Shown: piece by piece, positions 40,801 to 52,430 of the stretch
How the letters are laid out: every line of letters starts with the position of its first letter
How positions within the stretch are numbered: position 1 is the stretch's first letter
Source of the DNA: Lingula anatina
Taxonomy: Eukaryota > Animalia > Brachiopoda
Length of the DNA stretch: 64,000 nt
NCBI GenBank assembly: GCA_051362555.1
Contig: CM120649.1
Coordinates: 19,420,567-19,484,566 of the forward strand
Reading direction: 5' to 3'
Translations under genes and position numbers: made by a program
The notes under the pieces: model-generated
What the model saw: only the letters and a program-made list of their open reading frames with translations
The model's database searches: none
Told to the model about the DNA's origin: nothing

Positions 40801-43800
40801 AGGACAAAGTGAACAGCTCAATCACTGAACAAAAAGACAAAATGTTTTCTACCAAATTCCTCGCTCATTAACCTGTCAGACATTCCTTGAACTTAACAGA
40901 GGGATTATTTTGGCTCCAAAATAACATAAAGATTGTGCTATTGTGCTCAGTGACATTTCCCCCTCTGCCGCCAGCAGCTCAGCCACCTTGTGAGGCAGCA
41001 AATCACTTGGCTGGAGTCTTTTACCTTTTCAAGAGTACAGTAATGACTTGATCTTCTCAATGGGAAAAATTGTGATTTTTCCAGTTACTGTATTTTTAAA
41101 GTTATAAATTCATGAATTAAAATACACTTGCTGAGTGAAAGCAACAAAACCCAAAAGCAGGCTATCTAATAGTCCTATTCTTCGCAGAAAAAGCACAACA
41201 AATACTTAACAAAAATAAATTTTTAATGATTCTAAAACTGAGAATCTGAAAGAATGATAATTCCCCCCTCCCCTCCTTTTTTTTTTTTAACAGACGGAGA
41301 TTAGGCAACGTGTAGGCAGCATTCGAGCTCGGTCTATTTTTTGGACACCCATTTCGTCTTCATTGTCCACACAATGGAAGCCAGGGTCTGCCATCTCATG
41401 TGACATTCCATCAGCAGCGGAGCAGTGGCTGAGATTACTCAATTAGTCGAAGTTCTGTGCACTAAGCACTGTGCACTGAATACACCCCCAGTTTATCCTA
41501 AACTCTGGATCTTTCACACTCCAACCTGTCTCATTGGGGAACTTAAGACCGACATCTAGACCGACAGACTTAAGACCCCACATCTACCCCAATATTTAAA
41601 GCCCATTCTGACCCCTCAAACAATATTAATAGACTATTCACTTAAATGAATTTCTGAGTCTCACTTTAAAGAAATTGCAAATCTTTAATTTCATTTTAGT
41701 AAACAACTGTGATTTATCATGAAACAAATAGATTCAATTTGTCCATCTTGAAAAAAGTTACTCTCAACTCTCAGACTGAAGCCCTTTATGAGAATGACCC
41801 AGCTCCTTAGCAAGTCATTGTAAAGTGTGGTATTAACTGTACCTATACATATTATCACAGCACCCATACATTTACTATTAACTGTACCTAAACACCTGGG
41901 CACTACATGACCAGGACATTGTATGACCACCCCCAGCTGCCACATACATAGACATGTATTACTATGTAGATCTAATGCAAGGTGCACTAAGAGAGATCTT
42001 ATCACCCCAGTACTGTACACTACAGCAGTGTGCAGAGAGCACTGAAGATCCCCCATTACCTAGAACTGATGGCCACAGCCCAGGTGATCTGATGGAGAAG
42101 ATACACCAGTTAACCTAATAATAAAGTCTAGCCCCCCCCCCCCCCCCACCCCATCCAACCCACTGGTATATATACAATACAACTCTCTACCCGACCCCAT
42201 TGTTGAATTGTGTGTATGAGAGAGAGAGAGAGAAAGAGAGAGTGGGAGGGGGGTTAGGGTTACAGAACACAGAAATGCTATCTCTATACCCCTCATCCCC
42301 TCTTCCTATCATCTGTTCACAGATAGCCCCCCCCCCCCCCCTGCAGTGGCATCCAGGATAAAAGCACACCTGAATGTAAAGAGCTGTAGTCTCAGACAGA
42401 GAGAGCAGAGCCCAGGTGGTAGTCCACCATATATCATAGCATACAAGACACTGGCACTTCACTCTGCCAGTCTACACCATGAAGAATGGACACAACCAGA
42501 TCAAAAGAACTGCTAGTCGGCCAAGATGTGTTCACATCAGAGTTAAACTGTTTGGGCAAAAAAACTGCCATTCAGTTAAGATGTGTTCACATCAGAGATA
42601 GGCTGTCTGGAGATCCTGCAGTCTTACTACACGCAAATGTCTGATCAAAAGAAGTGCCAGTCGGCCGAGATGCGTTCACATCAGAGTTTAACTGTTTGGA
42701 AAAGAACTGCCATACAGTTAAGATGTGTTCACATCAGAGTTAAACTGTTTGGAAAAGAACTGCCATTCAGTTAAGATGTGTTCACATCTGGAGGCTGTCT
42801 GGAGATCCTGCAGTATTACTACACGCAAATGTCTGATATTGACTCCCCAAACGTACTACTCCCCTCCTCTCCCCTTGACGCTCTGAATATCTTGACAAAC
42901 TTCACATGCAATATTTCCATTAACTGAAATGCCACATACCCACACACATAAAATTTTCCTTACATGATTTTACCACTACGCTAACTTATTCCAGTTAGCT
43001 GATGCAGATTTCCCTAGTCACTAACTACCAAGAATGCTACTAACCCTTCAACTCCACCTTCAACAACCCCCTCTTTGCTCACATATCAATGGCCATCTCA
43101 TCCTCCACCCCCTATCCAAAAACCCACAGCCCCCCTCCCCTCAATGAAGTCTACATTCTGGAGAATCGGGAACAGCTGGTCCACCTACATTAACTTAGAC
43201 CTGGTTTGGACGTGTATTCAGTGGCGCATAGATAATACTCTGTTAGACACAACTGTGGGGCATGCCTTCCACATCATCACTGAAATACCAACAAGTTATT
43301 TTTGTTCCTCAAAAAAGGGTAAAACCACAGGGGACAGGACGTTTTGTTTCTAAAAAGAAAAACTTTCACTGGAGCGGATAATCTTCATGCTTTGGTTACA
43401 ATGTACAATTTCTGCACAATTCATGTTTCGAATGTTTTATTTTGAGGAACAAAAATAAGCTGTTGGTATTACAGAAGTGATTTTGGTGGAATTGGAGAAA
43501 ACAGAAGGGAGAAAAGACATTCCGTTTCAGAAAGAGAGATCTTAATTGAGCCAGATAATTTGTTTCAATAACACTACCCATTTCACTCAAGTTGTGGTTC
43601 ACATACAATGTAATATGGACAATGGACTATAACTATTGTCATAAAATCGCAGCAATACATCAAGAGGAGGCACAACCCTCAGATCCTATAAGAGCTTCCT
43701 CACTCATCTTTTTAATGGGTAACAAAAGGGATTCCAATCATTTTCAGCTGATGTTTTCTTTAAGAAGTGATGGTTGTATTTTATTGACCAAAGGCAGCGA

Positions 43801-46800
43801 GGGAGGGTAATTGTTATTCTATTGTGGGACAGGCTGATGAAGGGGTGCGCTATTAAATCATGTTGTTTACTGTGGAACATCTGGCTACGACAGGCGGTTG
43901 AGCACATGTGTGGGGAGATTTATGGGGAGACCAGACCTAGAACATGTTACAGAAAGTAAAAAACCATCTGAAGTTTGAAAATAAAAGGTTGAAGTGTTTA
44001 AACATGCTTCGACATTGTTATAGTTTAGGAAATATTTTGTAATGGTTTTCACACATACAAATGTATTCCCTGCACACACAAAACAACATTGTGGTTACCA
44101 ATATGAGATTCAGAAAACTAAAACCCCTTTTTTATACATTGTTATTGATGTGCTGAGAGCAATGCGGTTTTCAAATGAAAAGGAAGGGCCCGTGAACCCT
44201 AATTTTCTGAATTTTAGCTCAGAGAGGACAATAAGCTGACATGGTTGAGAACAGTGTAAAATATTTTATCTTTCCAACGAGCCAAATATTAATCTGACTC
44301 TAGGAAACCAACCCAAAAATGACGCCCAAATGAATTTGGACTAATTTACGCCATCACGAACCCAATCTCACAGCTTCTGATGAAGTATAAATAACAATTA
44401 CGTAACCTGAAGCAGAAGAGGTACACCTACGTAACCAACACCAGGTCAAGATCAAAGGAGAGACTGATCTTCTTAACTTACTGGTCTAATTAAGACAAAA
44501 TATTGCAAAGAAAACAGTGCTGGACTTGTAGAAAAAAACAGTGTCAGAATGGAACGGAATCATTAATGGCTGTCCCCTGCAGGAATGCGACACAGGTGGT
44601 TTAACATTGGGAGGTGTTGTGTCAAACCTTGTAAACACCAGTTATTTTTATCTCTTCACATCTGCCTGGCTGCATTTCCAGTAAAACTGTGTGGCCTTTA
44701 CTCACAACATACTACCCCAGCATTGCGATTTTTTTTTTTTTTTTTTTTTTGCAACTGAAAAGTCTTAGGGTCTATTCCCATAGATTTTAGATCGATCTAT
44801 CCCCACGGGGAGTCTCACTAGATTACTTTCAGATAATCCGACCTAAATGTCCGTCCCGCCTACTACAAGCTGTAAGGGGATAATTAAAATTTCGTGTCCG
44901 CCCGGCTAACAGCTATTTAGCGTGAACCCCCAGGGAGTAAGGTCGATCTAATCCATGGAAATGGGGTGTTAAGAGTCAAACTATGTCTCTGTCTCCCCCC
45001 CCCCCCCCCCCTCCCCCCCCCCGACAATGCCAATTAGAATCAGTTCAAGAAACCTGCATCTAGATTGGCTTTTCAGGATACAAATCAGGAACACACAATC
45101 AGTATCAGAAAGTACACTGCCCATTTAGCAATTACAATTCACAATTTTTTTGTGCTAATGCTGACAACAATACACCATCTTAATTAAGGGCCACTGAACA
45201 CTGCAGTCTGTGGAGCTCTCCATGGAATCAGGTCTTGGCTCTGTTCTGCCAGCTACTCGGCTGCTCTATCTATTATCCTCTATTGAATTCTGCCATTGAT
45301 CTCATCCAGGGACAGCTATTTAAGGTATTTATAAATTCCCCTATCTGTTGTTACTGTTATTGTTAATGTTATTGACAAAATAATGGCTGAACTTCATGAT
45401 ATATTCTTTGATTGATTGCTCAGATGAATACGATGTCATTTAATGTATGCATATCTGGACTAGATCTGCCAAACTGTGTGTTTTAATCAAGTGTAAAATA
45501 CACCAACCACAGCCATGACAAGACAGGAAAAACAGGACACAATAGTTTCACTTTATTGAGTTTAAAATAATAAAACAACTTCCACCCACTAGCAAGAATT
45601 GCACACTTTGGTAAACCCCAAAAAAGAAGGGGAACTAATCTTCATCTTAGTCATAACCATGAACACGTAGTGCGCATTCTTCTCTGGGCCTCTCTAATGA
45701 TAACACATTCCCATGTCGTGTTTGACAACCTAGGTATTAAAATACCTGCGTGATTACTGGCACAGGTAAGCTTACAGGTGATAGCGGCGACCCTTGGGTT
45801 ATGTACTCTAATATCGTAGCTGAGGAATCCACAGGGAAGGGTCAAGGAACGAACTCTAGTAAAACAACTAGGGATTAAGTATGCTTTTGAACTCGACTTA
45901 GATGAAACAAATAAAGTATTATCATTTTCTGAGTTATGTTTGCCATATTTGGCTGCAAAACTTACTTGGAAGAGTAAAGAAAACAAACCATAACTTCTGT
46001 TTTGTGGTTATCATGTTTTTTCCTCTTGTCAAATATTTAATTCAGCAGGATGAATGGTTATGTTTCTGGGTTTTTATTGTCTACCTTCAACAGATCATGG
46101 GTTTCTCAACATTTTTGGATGAGATAAACTTTGGTGATGAAGAAAAATTGGTGAAATTTCAAGAAATAAGTTTTGGTGTTATATAAAGGTCTGACATCCG
46201 TCACACGCCTCTAAATTTTGTCAAGTTCACTATTTTAAAGAACTGGCAAAATGCACGTGAGACAGGCCTGTATCGAGTGTGGGAAAGTTTCTTAGCACAA
46301 CAGAGAAGTGTCACAGAAACTTTCTTACTACAACAAGGGGGTGTGAAGGAATATGTTTACCTAAGCTGATCACTAGCAAAACTAAGAAACAAGACCTGTC
46401 ACTGGAAACAATGAACAATTGGAGTAATCAGCTATCGTATAAAAGTGAGAAAGGAAATGCCTCTTTTCAAACTACATCAAGGCATAAAATTCCATTGACG
46501 CTCCTTTCTAAGGTAAACAATTGCCCTCGTTCCAATAAGCCGTGAGGATCTAATTCTCAAATCCCATATTCAAGAAACCAATCATATTTTGTTCTTGATA
46601 ATAATCAATTTCACCATCTCAAAGAAACCGTGAAGAGATTACACTGAAACTAGTAATAGGATTTTCCACTGTTGAAAGTCGGTGAGAAACAACAGGCCAT
46701 TTTAGTGAAAATCTCAGTCACAGCAGATCAAATTCTTCCAAACACAGTATAGATTTCCACGCAGACCTCCCCACCCCTATTTCATACAAATATTAAGACA

Positions 46801-49800
46801 AAATCAATGTACATCTTAATATGAATCTGATATCCAACACTGTTATTTCTCTTTCTATTATTTCATTTTCAAAATGGTGTCAGTTTCGATAAATAAACAT
46901 ACAACCTAGCCTTGAAATAACCTATATCTTTTAACACTGGGGCAGTAACAATCCATAAATTTTAAACAAATCCACTATTCCAATCTTTCATTTTTTTCAA
47001 TATTTACCAGTTTGAGCTCCTCTAGCTTACTTTCTGACAAAAACTTAACTTCTCCTTTTGAAATTGAAGCCTACATCCTTCAGGCATTACTCAAAAATAT
47101 TTTGTCAGGGGAATTTTATTTATATGGTAATGTTCACATTTAATGAATTATTACCGTATACAAGTCTTTCAGTATGAATTGAGATCTGTGGGTAGAGTTG
47201 AGATATAATTTGAACAGGCTCTCTCAACAGCCCGCGGGGACACATACTCCAATATCAAGGGGGGGTCTTGACTCAGACAACCTCCGCTCAGTAAAGTATG
47301 TGATGATTTTGTTAGACAGATTTTTTTATCTAGAAATAAGGGAATAAATTTTTCAGTAAACTTAAACATCTTAAGTTTGTCCAAGAAATAGGTTAAGAAA
47401 TAGTCCTAGCAGTGATCTAGTTTCTAGGCGCTTATTGGCCATAAGGATTAAAATAAAATTTGAATGCTTTACACATGGAAATAAAGTCTACGGGGTATAT
47501 CAAGGAAAAGGAACTGAAACCCTATGAAGTAAATCAAATGTCTGAAGAAAATATTGATACTAGATAAATCTCTTAAAGACGGGTCATAAAGATCTGACCT
47601 ATCACCTGATAGTTTTTTCAAGACTGTTTTTAACTGAAAGGATTCTAGTCTGATCTATCAATGCCACACATCTCATTAACTAAGACCTTTTAAACCCTGA
47701 AGGATCAGAACAACCCTCTCCATCAACCTGGCTTATTTTTCCAGTCCAAATAAAGAGAATATCAATATTTGGAAAAAAGGGGGGCATTTCCTTCAGTCTG
47801 CACATTTCAAAGGATCGAGCACTCGCCGAAAAATCAAGCAGGTCGGCTTTGTTCTCCGCCATCACAAAAGAAGATTGCGGAGCAGGAAAGGTGAGTAGGG
47901 GGGAAATAAGCGACCCTGTTTACTTGACGAGTGCTCAAGAGAGAGCCCCCATTTTTGGTCCTTTTATCCTCCAATACTGACTGGGTATTATGTCTATTGT
48001 GCGGCCACCCTGGGTCTTTAAGGAAGGGACAAAGGAAATTGTAAGCTGAAAATTACTACTGATTTCTGCCTTGCTGGGTAGATCCTGCCCTGGAGGTTAA
48101 GCTTATAGTATTAAGTCATCGTGTTGTTGATTTGATGATGGACACACATTGAAGTGACCACTGACCGCCGCCGCCCACTTTAGTGGACATTACTGGACGT
48201 TGGAAAATGTGTGCGTAATGGGAAAATATGGTGTTACACAACGCCAGTCAATGCTGTTAAGTTTTACACTGTAACTTTGTGTGTAATGAGAAAATATGGT
48301 ATTATACTATAATGCAACTGATGACAGGTGCTTGAAAGTGGTTGTTGTTGACCACCAGAAATGGCCATTTTACAATGGCCGTTACCCATTATATATAATG
48401 TGAAAACACAATGTTGGACACAATCAATCCACACATCAAATGGCGGGGAGATACAAGTGAACATTTCTGTTGTTCAGAACCAAGTCTTCCATTAAAAAGT
48501 GGTCAGAGTGAAATTGCTTTTAAAGATAATACAAGATGTTATTGCCAGCCTCCCAATCTGCCAGTATACCTTACTATATATACAAGAACAAAATAGAATG
48601 ATATGAATTCTCAAGACATAAACACTGACTTTTTGCAATACATCAACTGTTTTCTTTTAGCGCTAAAAACTTTTGTTGGTCAAAATTTAGTAACGTTTAT
48701 GTTCTTTTCATACTCTTTCAGGTTTATCCACCAACTATTCCCATTAACGCTGCAGGTGCAATCCACCATTCTTTCAATTTCCTATTTACTTTCTATTATT
48801 ATTTTTTTCCTCCAAATTCCTTTCATTCTTTTTCCACTGAAAATCCCAGCATGGACACCTAGTTATCTGAAGTATAAATTAAGTTGTGATTTCTTCCACT
48901 GGCCAATTTCTCCATTCCCCTATGTAAAGAGGGAAGTTGCAGGCCTGTGCCAGATAAGTCACAGACATTAGGCAGATTAGAAACAAGAATCCTGAAGATA
49001 AATAACGAGCATCCCAAAGATAACTTACAAAACATTAAACAGGCACGGCTATTAGTGGCACTTTCCGAGATCGTCTAATCACAAAAGCCAATAGGGGAGG
49101 AGCTGGGGGGTACCTAAGTAACAATTTTCTCTCCTCTCTTCAGATAAATATCTTATCAGAAAATAGCAGCTTGGCTGATTTTAGAATAATAATAACAACA
49201 ACCCCCCTCCCTCTACCCAACCCTTTCCTGTTCTGGCATTTTGACACATCCTTAACTAGAAAGGGCACATCATCACCTTTAGATGAAGATAATGAAGTCA
49301 TTGAATACTTAAACCTAACATGTCATTTTCAAAGACCAAACAATCCCTACATCATCATTACATGTAATAGCAAATGTTCTCCATTAATAATGTACTGCAG
49401 AAGCTTTACCCCACCCCCTGGGGGTAATGACATCATACCAACTTAATAACGACCAGTGTTTTAAACGACTCAGCAGCAAAATGGGCATCACATTAACAAG
49501 GTGCGATAACAATTCAATTGGTTCAGAAAAGCAAGTATTTTAAATCATGGGTCAGTATTGGGCTTATTATGTGTAACTGAATGGGTTGACATCATTGTAC
49601 CACATGTAAGCCTCTGAGGAGAAAATCAAGACAAATTCACAAGACACAACAAATTAAACAAATTTACATCTGACTAAATGGTAAAGATAACCTCCTAGAG
49701 AAGTATAAGTGTACATCTTTTTGAAGAAACCAAATACACAAGGCGCATGTGCCTTGGACAACAATGCTCATTACAACTACTAACAAATTTTGGCCCGATT

Positions 49801-51470
49801 CATGCTCGGTCTATTTTGAGCTAGTGTATACTACCTCAAGGATAATTCCACTTTTCATATCACTGCAACACCCAGAGGTTAGTATTAGCCTGAAGGGTGA
49901 GGTGCTAGCTCAGGTACTTCACCTCCCAAATTAGCACCCACCTGCTGACGTTGGGAAAGATGACAAAGTCACTTGTGAAGTCATTTGCTGAGCATGCTCT
50001 TTTGTGTAATTAACAAAACACTTCACAAACTGTAACATGAACAGGCTTGTGAATCATCTGGCATCTAATATATATAGGTGTGTTATACAAATCCCAGTGA
50101 ACGCTTATCTTGGTTTTAAAATCCAAACTCGGCTACAAGTAAATTTCAAAATGATTATCAAAAACTAAATAGTATTAAGAAAATATATAATGTAGTATGC
50201 ACTTAATCATAGAATGCACTTAATCAGTAGTTTATTTGCCAAATGCAAAAGTCAATATTTCTTTCATCTTGGTCCTAAAATTTTAGTTCTAAAAGATTTC
50301 TTTTTTAATCCAAAAAAAAAATCTTGAGGCCTTCTAGAAACCTGTAAGCTGTGTAATTTTACTATTTTAAACAATTTATAACTGTTTGCGTGATATTATG
50401 GGCCATGTTATGCATATCTCCATGGAAACTTCACCACCTTTTTCATCAAGAAGATAGAAAACAGGCCAAACATCTTATCAAAGACCAGAACTTCCTGAAA
50501 AATATCAGGACTTGGGAGGTGCTATGAAATAAGTGTTTTTGCAGGCAAGTCTAAAATAAGCAGTGACAGGAAAAATATACTAAGGTCTAAAAACCAGCAT
50601 GCTCCTCTTGTATATCCTATATAAACAGGAGAAAAGCTGGTGGTTTCCATGGCAACATGTCTTAGGATGTTTACATAACGAGGAGTGGAACTCGGAGATC
50701 GAGGTTACTTGCTCTCAGAAAAAATGTGAGTATTATCATTACATTTTTGTTGTTTTTGATAGTACCGAGAAGACCTGTCTGCTGAACAAAATTGTCAGGA
50801 AAATGCAGACTTGAACTTTTTTATATTGATTTTTTTCCATACCAGTAAATGTATTTCTCAAGAATGTTTCCCATATTTGATTTTGATTTGTGACACAAAA
50901 TGCATATAAAACAAAAATGAATACCTCATTTTTTAATCTTAAATAATGAAAAAAAAAACAATGCCTATCTTGTGAAATACAAATTTCAAGTTTAATCACG
51001 TTATTTAATTTCAATCACTTTTACATGACCTGGTCTTGCCCCAACATAAAAACGATGTTCTTTCAACTAGAGGGTCAAATAACGCACAACATGTAGCTTA
51101 CCAGTACAGTCTTACAAAACAAAAAGTTTAAAAACTAAAAGGCGCACATCAAAAATTTTGTAGAACATACCAATGTGTACACTGTAGATCTAGCAGCTTT
51201 CAAAACGCACTGCCCCACGGAAACATTCACAAAAACTTACTGAGCGAGTTACGGAGATCAGCTTGTACAATAGAGTGAATACGTACCTGATAACGGGGCC
51301 AAGGGAATATCCTTTCTATCAAAGTTGGCTCCTCTAGAACTGTAGACATTTTTAACTGGCTGGCAGTACAAGGCAGAGGTATCTGTGATAAAGTATAAAA
51401 GCAAAGCGGCAAAACAAGGCCACAGAGTTCTCGTAAACTTGGTAACTAGCTCCGCCATTTTGTCATTCAT
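7599..51470 (-). CDS. GPC6: Glypican-4/6-like (Dally-like subfamily) gene, complete; 8 coding exons: 51287-51470, 37705-37872, 25739-26130, 23931-24096, 20710-20840, 9915-10213, 9449-9624, 7599-7885
   Basis: The exons join in frame through GT-AG sites (184+168+392+166+131+299+176+287=1803 nt, 600 aa). The protein has an N-terminal hydrophobic signal, 14 Cys in glypican spacing ([34 protein letters not shown]), an [10 protein letters not shown] motif typical of GPC1/4/6, an SG cluster and a hydrophobic GPI tail. The symbol is a subfamily label, since the gene is probably co-orthologous to GPC1/2/4/6. Confidence 0.95.
9449..9624 (-). CDS. GPC6: Glypican-4/6-like exon 7
   Basis: Acceptor CTCCAG|G. 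Reads [22 protein letters not shown]...[27 protein letters not shown]. Donor G|GTAAGA. 176 nt. Confidence 0.94.
9915..10213 (-). CDS. GPC6: Glypican-4/6-like exon 6 (furin site, last three Cys)
   Basis: Acceptor TTCCAG|GTT. Reads [20 protein letters not shown]...[16 protein letters not shown]...[10 protein letters not shown]...CWNGEHQG. Donor AG|GTAGGA. 299 nt. Confidence 0.93.
16744..16784. repeat. (GA)n microsatellite
   Basis: Directly visible, with one interruption. Confidence 0.9.
19740..19954. mobile_element. MITE copy A (PIF/Harbinger, Tourist-like)
   Basis: TTA flanks both sides (19737-39, 19955-57). TIRs are imperfect (GACCCCGTTTCCAGAG, CTCTGGGAACACAGCC). A reverse-complement homologue lies at 44768-44968. 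Confidence 0.7.
20522..20671. repeat. 17-bp minisatellite (TGTGACAATGTGTTAGG)n
   Basis: About 8-9 units, degenerating toward exon 5. Confidence 0.9.
20710..20840 (-). CDS. GPC6: Glypican-4/6-like exon 5
   Basis: Acceptor TTTTCAG|AT. Reads [43 protein letters not shown]. Donor CAG|GTAGGT. 131 nt. Confidence 0.95.
23931..24096 (-). CDS. GPC6: Glypican-4/6-like exon 4 (Cys-rich glypican signature)
   Basis: Acceptor TTTCAG|ATC. Reads [55 protein letters not shown]. Donor A|GTAAGT. 166 nt. Confidence 0.95.
25739..26130 (-). CDS. GPC6: Glypican-4/6-like exon 3
   Basis: Acceptor TTTCAG|AG. Reads EFFTELLEN...FVRTYG...PFGDVPQKF...[13 protein letters not shown]...VGK. Donor AAG|GTAATT. 392 nt. Confidence 0.95.
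30029..30062. repeat. (TACA)n microsatellite
   Basis: Directly visible. Confidence 0.9.
30148..30298. mobile_element. 151-bp MITE with CAGGGGCGGAT TIRs and 5-bp TSD
   Basis: Termini are CAGGGGCGGATTT and AGATCCGCCCCTG. CAGAA lies directly on both sides (30143-47, 30299-303). Confidence 0.7.
37705..37872 (-). CDS. GPC6: Glypican-4/6-like exon 2
   Basis: Acceptor TTCCAG|GA. Reads [25 protein letters not shown]...KTAKFD. Donor G|GTAAGT. 168 nt, phase 1-1. Confidence 0.93.
42499..42837. repeat. Higher-order tandem repeat with ~53-bp subunit
   Basis: GATGTGTTCACATC-type cores at about 42526, 42580, 42669, 42722 and 42775. The GGCTGTCTGGAGATCCTGCAGT...GTCTGAT tail occurs twice. Confidence 0.88.
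44768..44968. mobile_element. MITE copy B, inverted relative to copy A
   Basis: TTA flanks at 44765-67 and 44969-71. Colinear with the reverse complement of 19740-19954, e.g. CTACTACAAGCTGTAAGG versus CCTTACAGCTTGTAGTAG. Confidence 0.72.
51287..51470 (-). CDS. GPC6: Glypican-4/6-like exon 1 (signal peptide, first Cys)
   Basis: Reads [61 protein letters not shown]. Donor is TCAG|GTACGT, phase 1. A second in-frame ATG at 51458 (AAAATGG) has a better Kozak context. Confidence 0.88.
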
Positions 51471-52260
51471 CGCTGTGAGGCGAAAACAGAGTCGTTTTTT
51501 GACCGAGAATCCTGGTCTGCGAACTCACTGCCTGGTTGTTATAAGGCAGTATGTGAAGACGAAGCACTCCTGCGCTGTATCATCCGTTTTCTCTGCAGTT
51601 TGTTGTATTAATTCTCCCGAATTCTTCAGCTGTCTTTCTCTCACAACATACACACTGCCTCTACACACACTTACTCAAAGATGCCAATCCAATAATTGAT
51701 GTCCTCCCCTGTATTTTGATAGCTAGTCAAGTAACCAAAAGTACTATAAAACTTGGTTTGATTCAAATATTCTCAGTTTAAAACAACCCTTAACCATGAG
51801 AAGTGCTGTGAAATGACACCTAATTATTTCTCGACCTTCTCTTTTATCCACTGCTGATGAGTTGTGAATGGCTTCTTTCAGAGGGAGTATCCTGGAATAG
51901 CAAATACAAGATTCCAGCCCTTTTTACACAAAAGAGTTCCGTTTGCTTTAATTCAATTAAAGCTCTTCAGTTACGAAGTCAGTGACGTAAGAAATTGGAC
52001 CCAAGGAAAAAATGACATTGAAGCACTATGTATTCGTCAATATTTTTGTAGTTTTATTTTGATATATATATATATATATGGATAAAAAAAATGAAAGATC
52101 TGTCTTTGTGTCTTGAAGAGATTATGATTGCAACTGATGAGCAAACAAGGCGGTAACGATCGCTCGGTGAGCATTCTCACTGCACTGCTCACAGCGACAA
52201 TATCGCGTTATTTCCTGCTGACGTGGGCGGAATGAAGAATCGCTTTTAATCCGATTTAGC
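51471..52260 (-). promoter_or_regulatory. Putative 5' UTR and promoter of glypican-4/6
   Basis: Lies directly upstream of exon 1 and is visibly richer in CpG than the introns. It has tandem CCAAT at ~51683-51692, CRE-like TGACGTAA at ~51983, and TGACGT plus GGGCGG at ~52219-52230. The TSS cannot be determined. Confidence 0.45.
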
Positions 52261-52390
52261 TATTTATCTGATAGAAGTGATTCATAAGAAAGGAATTTTA
52301 AACTCAATTGAGTTTGAAATTGCGTGAGTTTGTTATATATTTATTTTCAAATGTTAAGGGCATTCTCCTGTCATTCTTAAAGAGATGAGG

Positions 52391-52430
52391 TAATTTAATT
52401 TAATTTAATTTAATTTAATTTAATTTAATT
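52391..52430. repeat. (TAATT)8 microsatellite upstream of glypican-4/6 exon 1
   Basis: Eight perfect units. Confidence 0.92.

Noticed and set aside
42499-42837. Palindromic repeats resembling a CRISPR array
   Set aside because: The intervening sequences are themselves repeated rather than unique, and there are no cas genes.
10214-51286. Nested genes, tRNA/rRNA genes or autonomous transposons in the large introns
   Set aside because: The short ORFs have non-coding-like composition and no recognisable domains. Small ncRNAs cannot be excluded without an Rfam/Infernal search.
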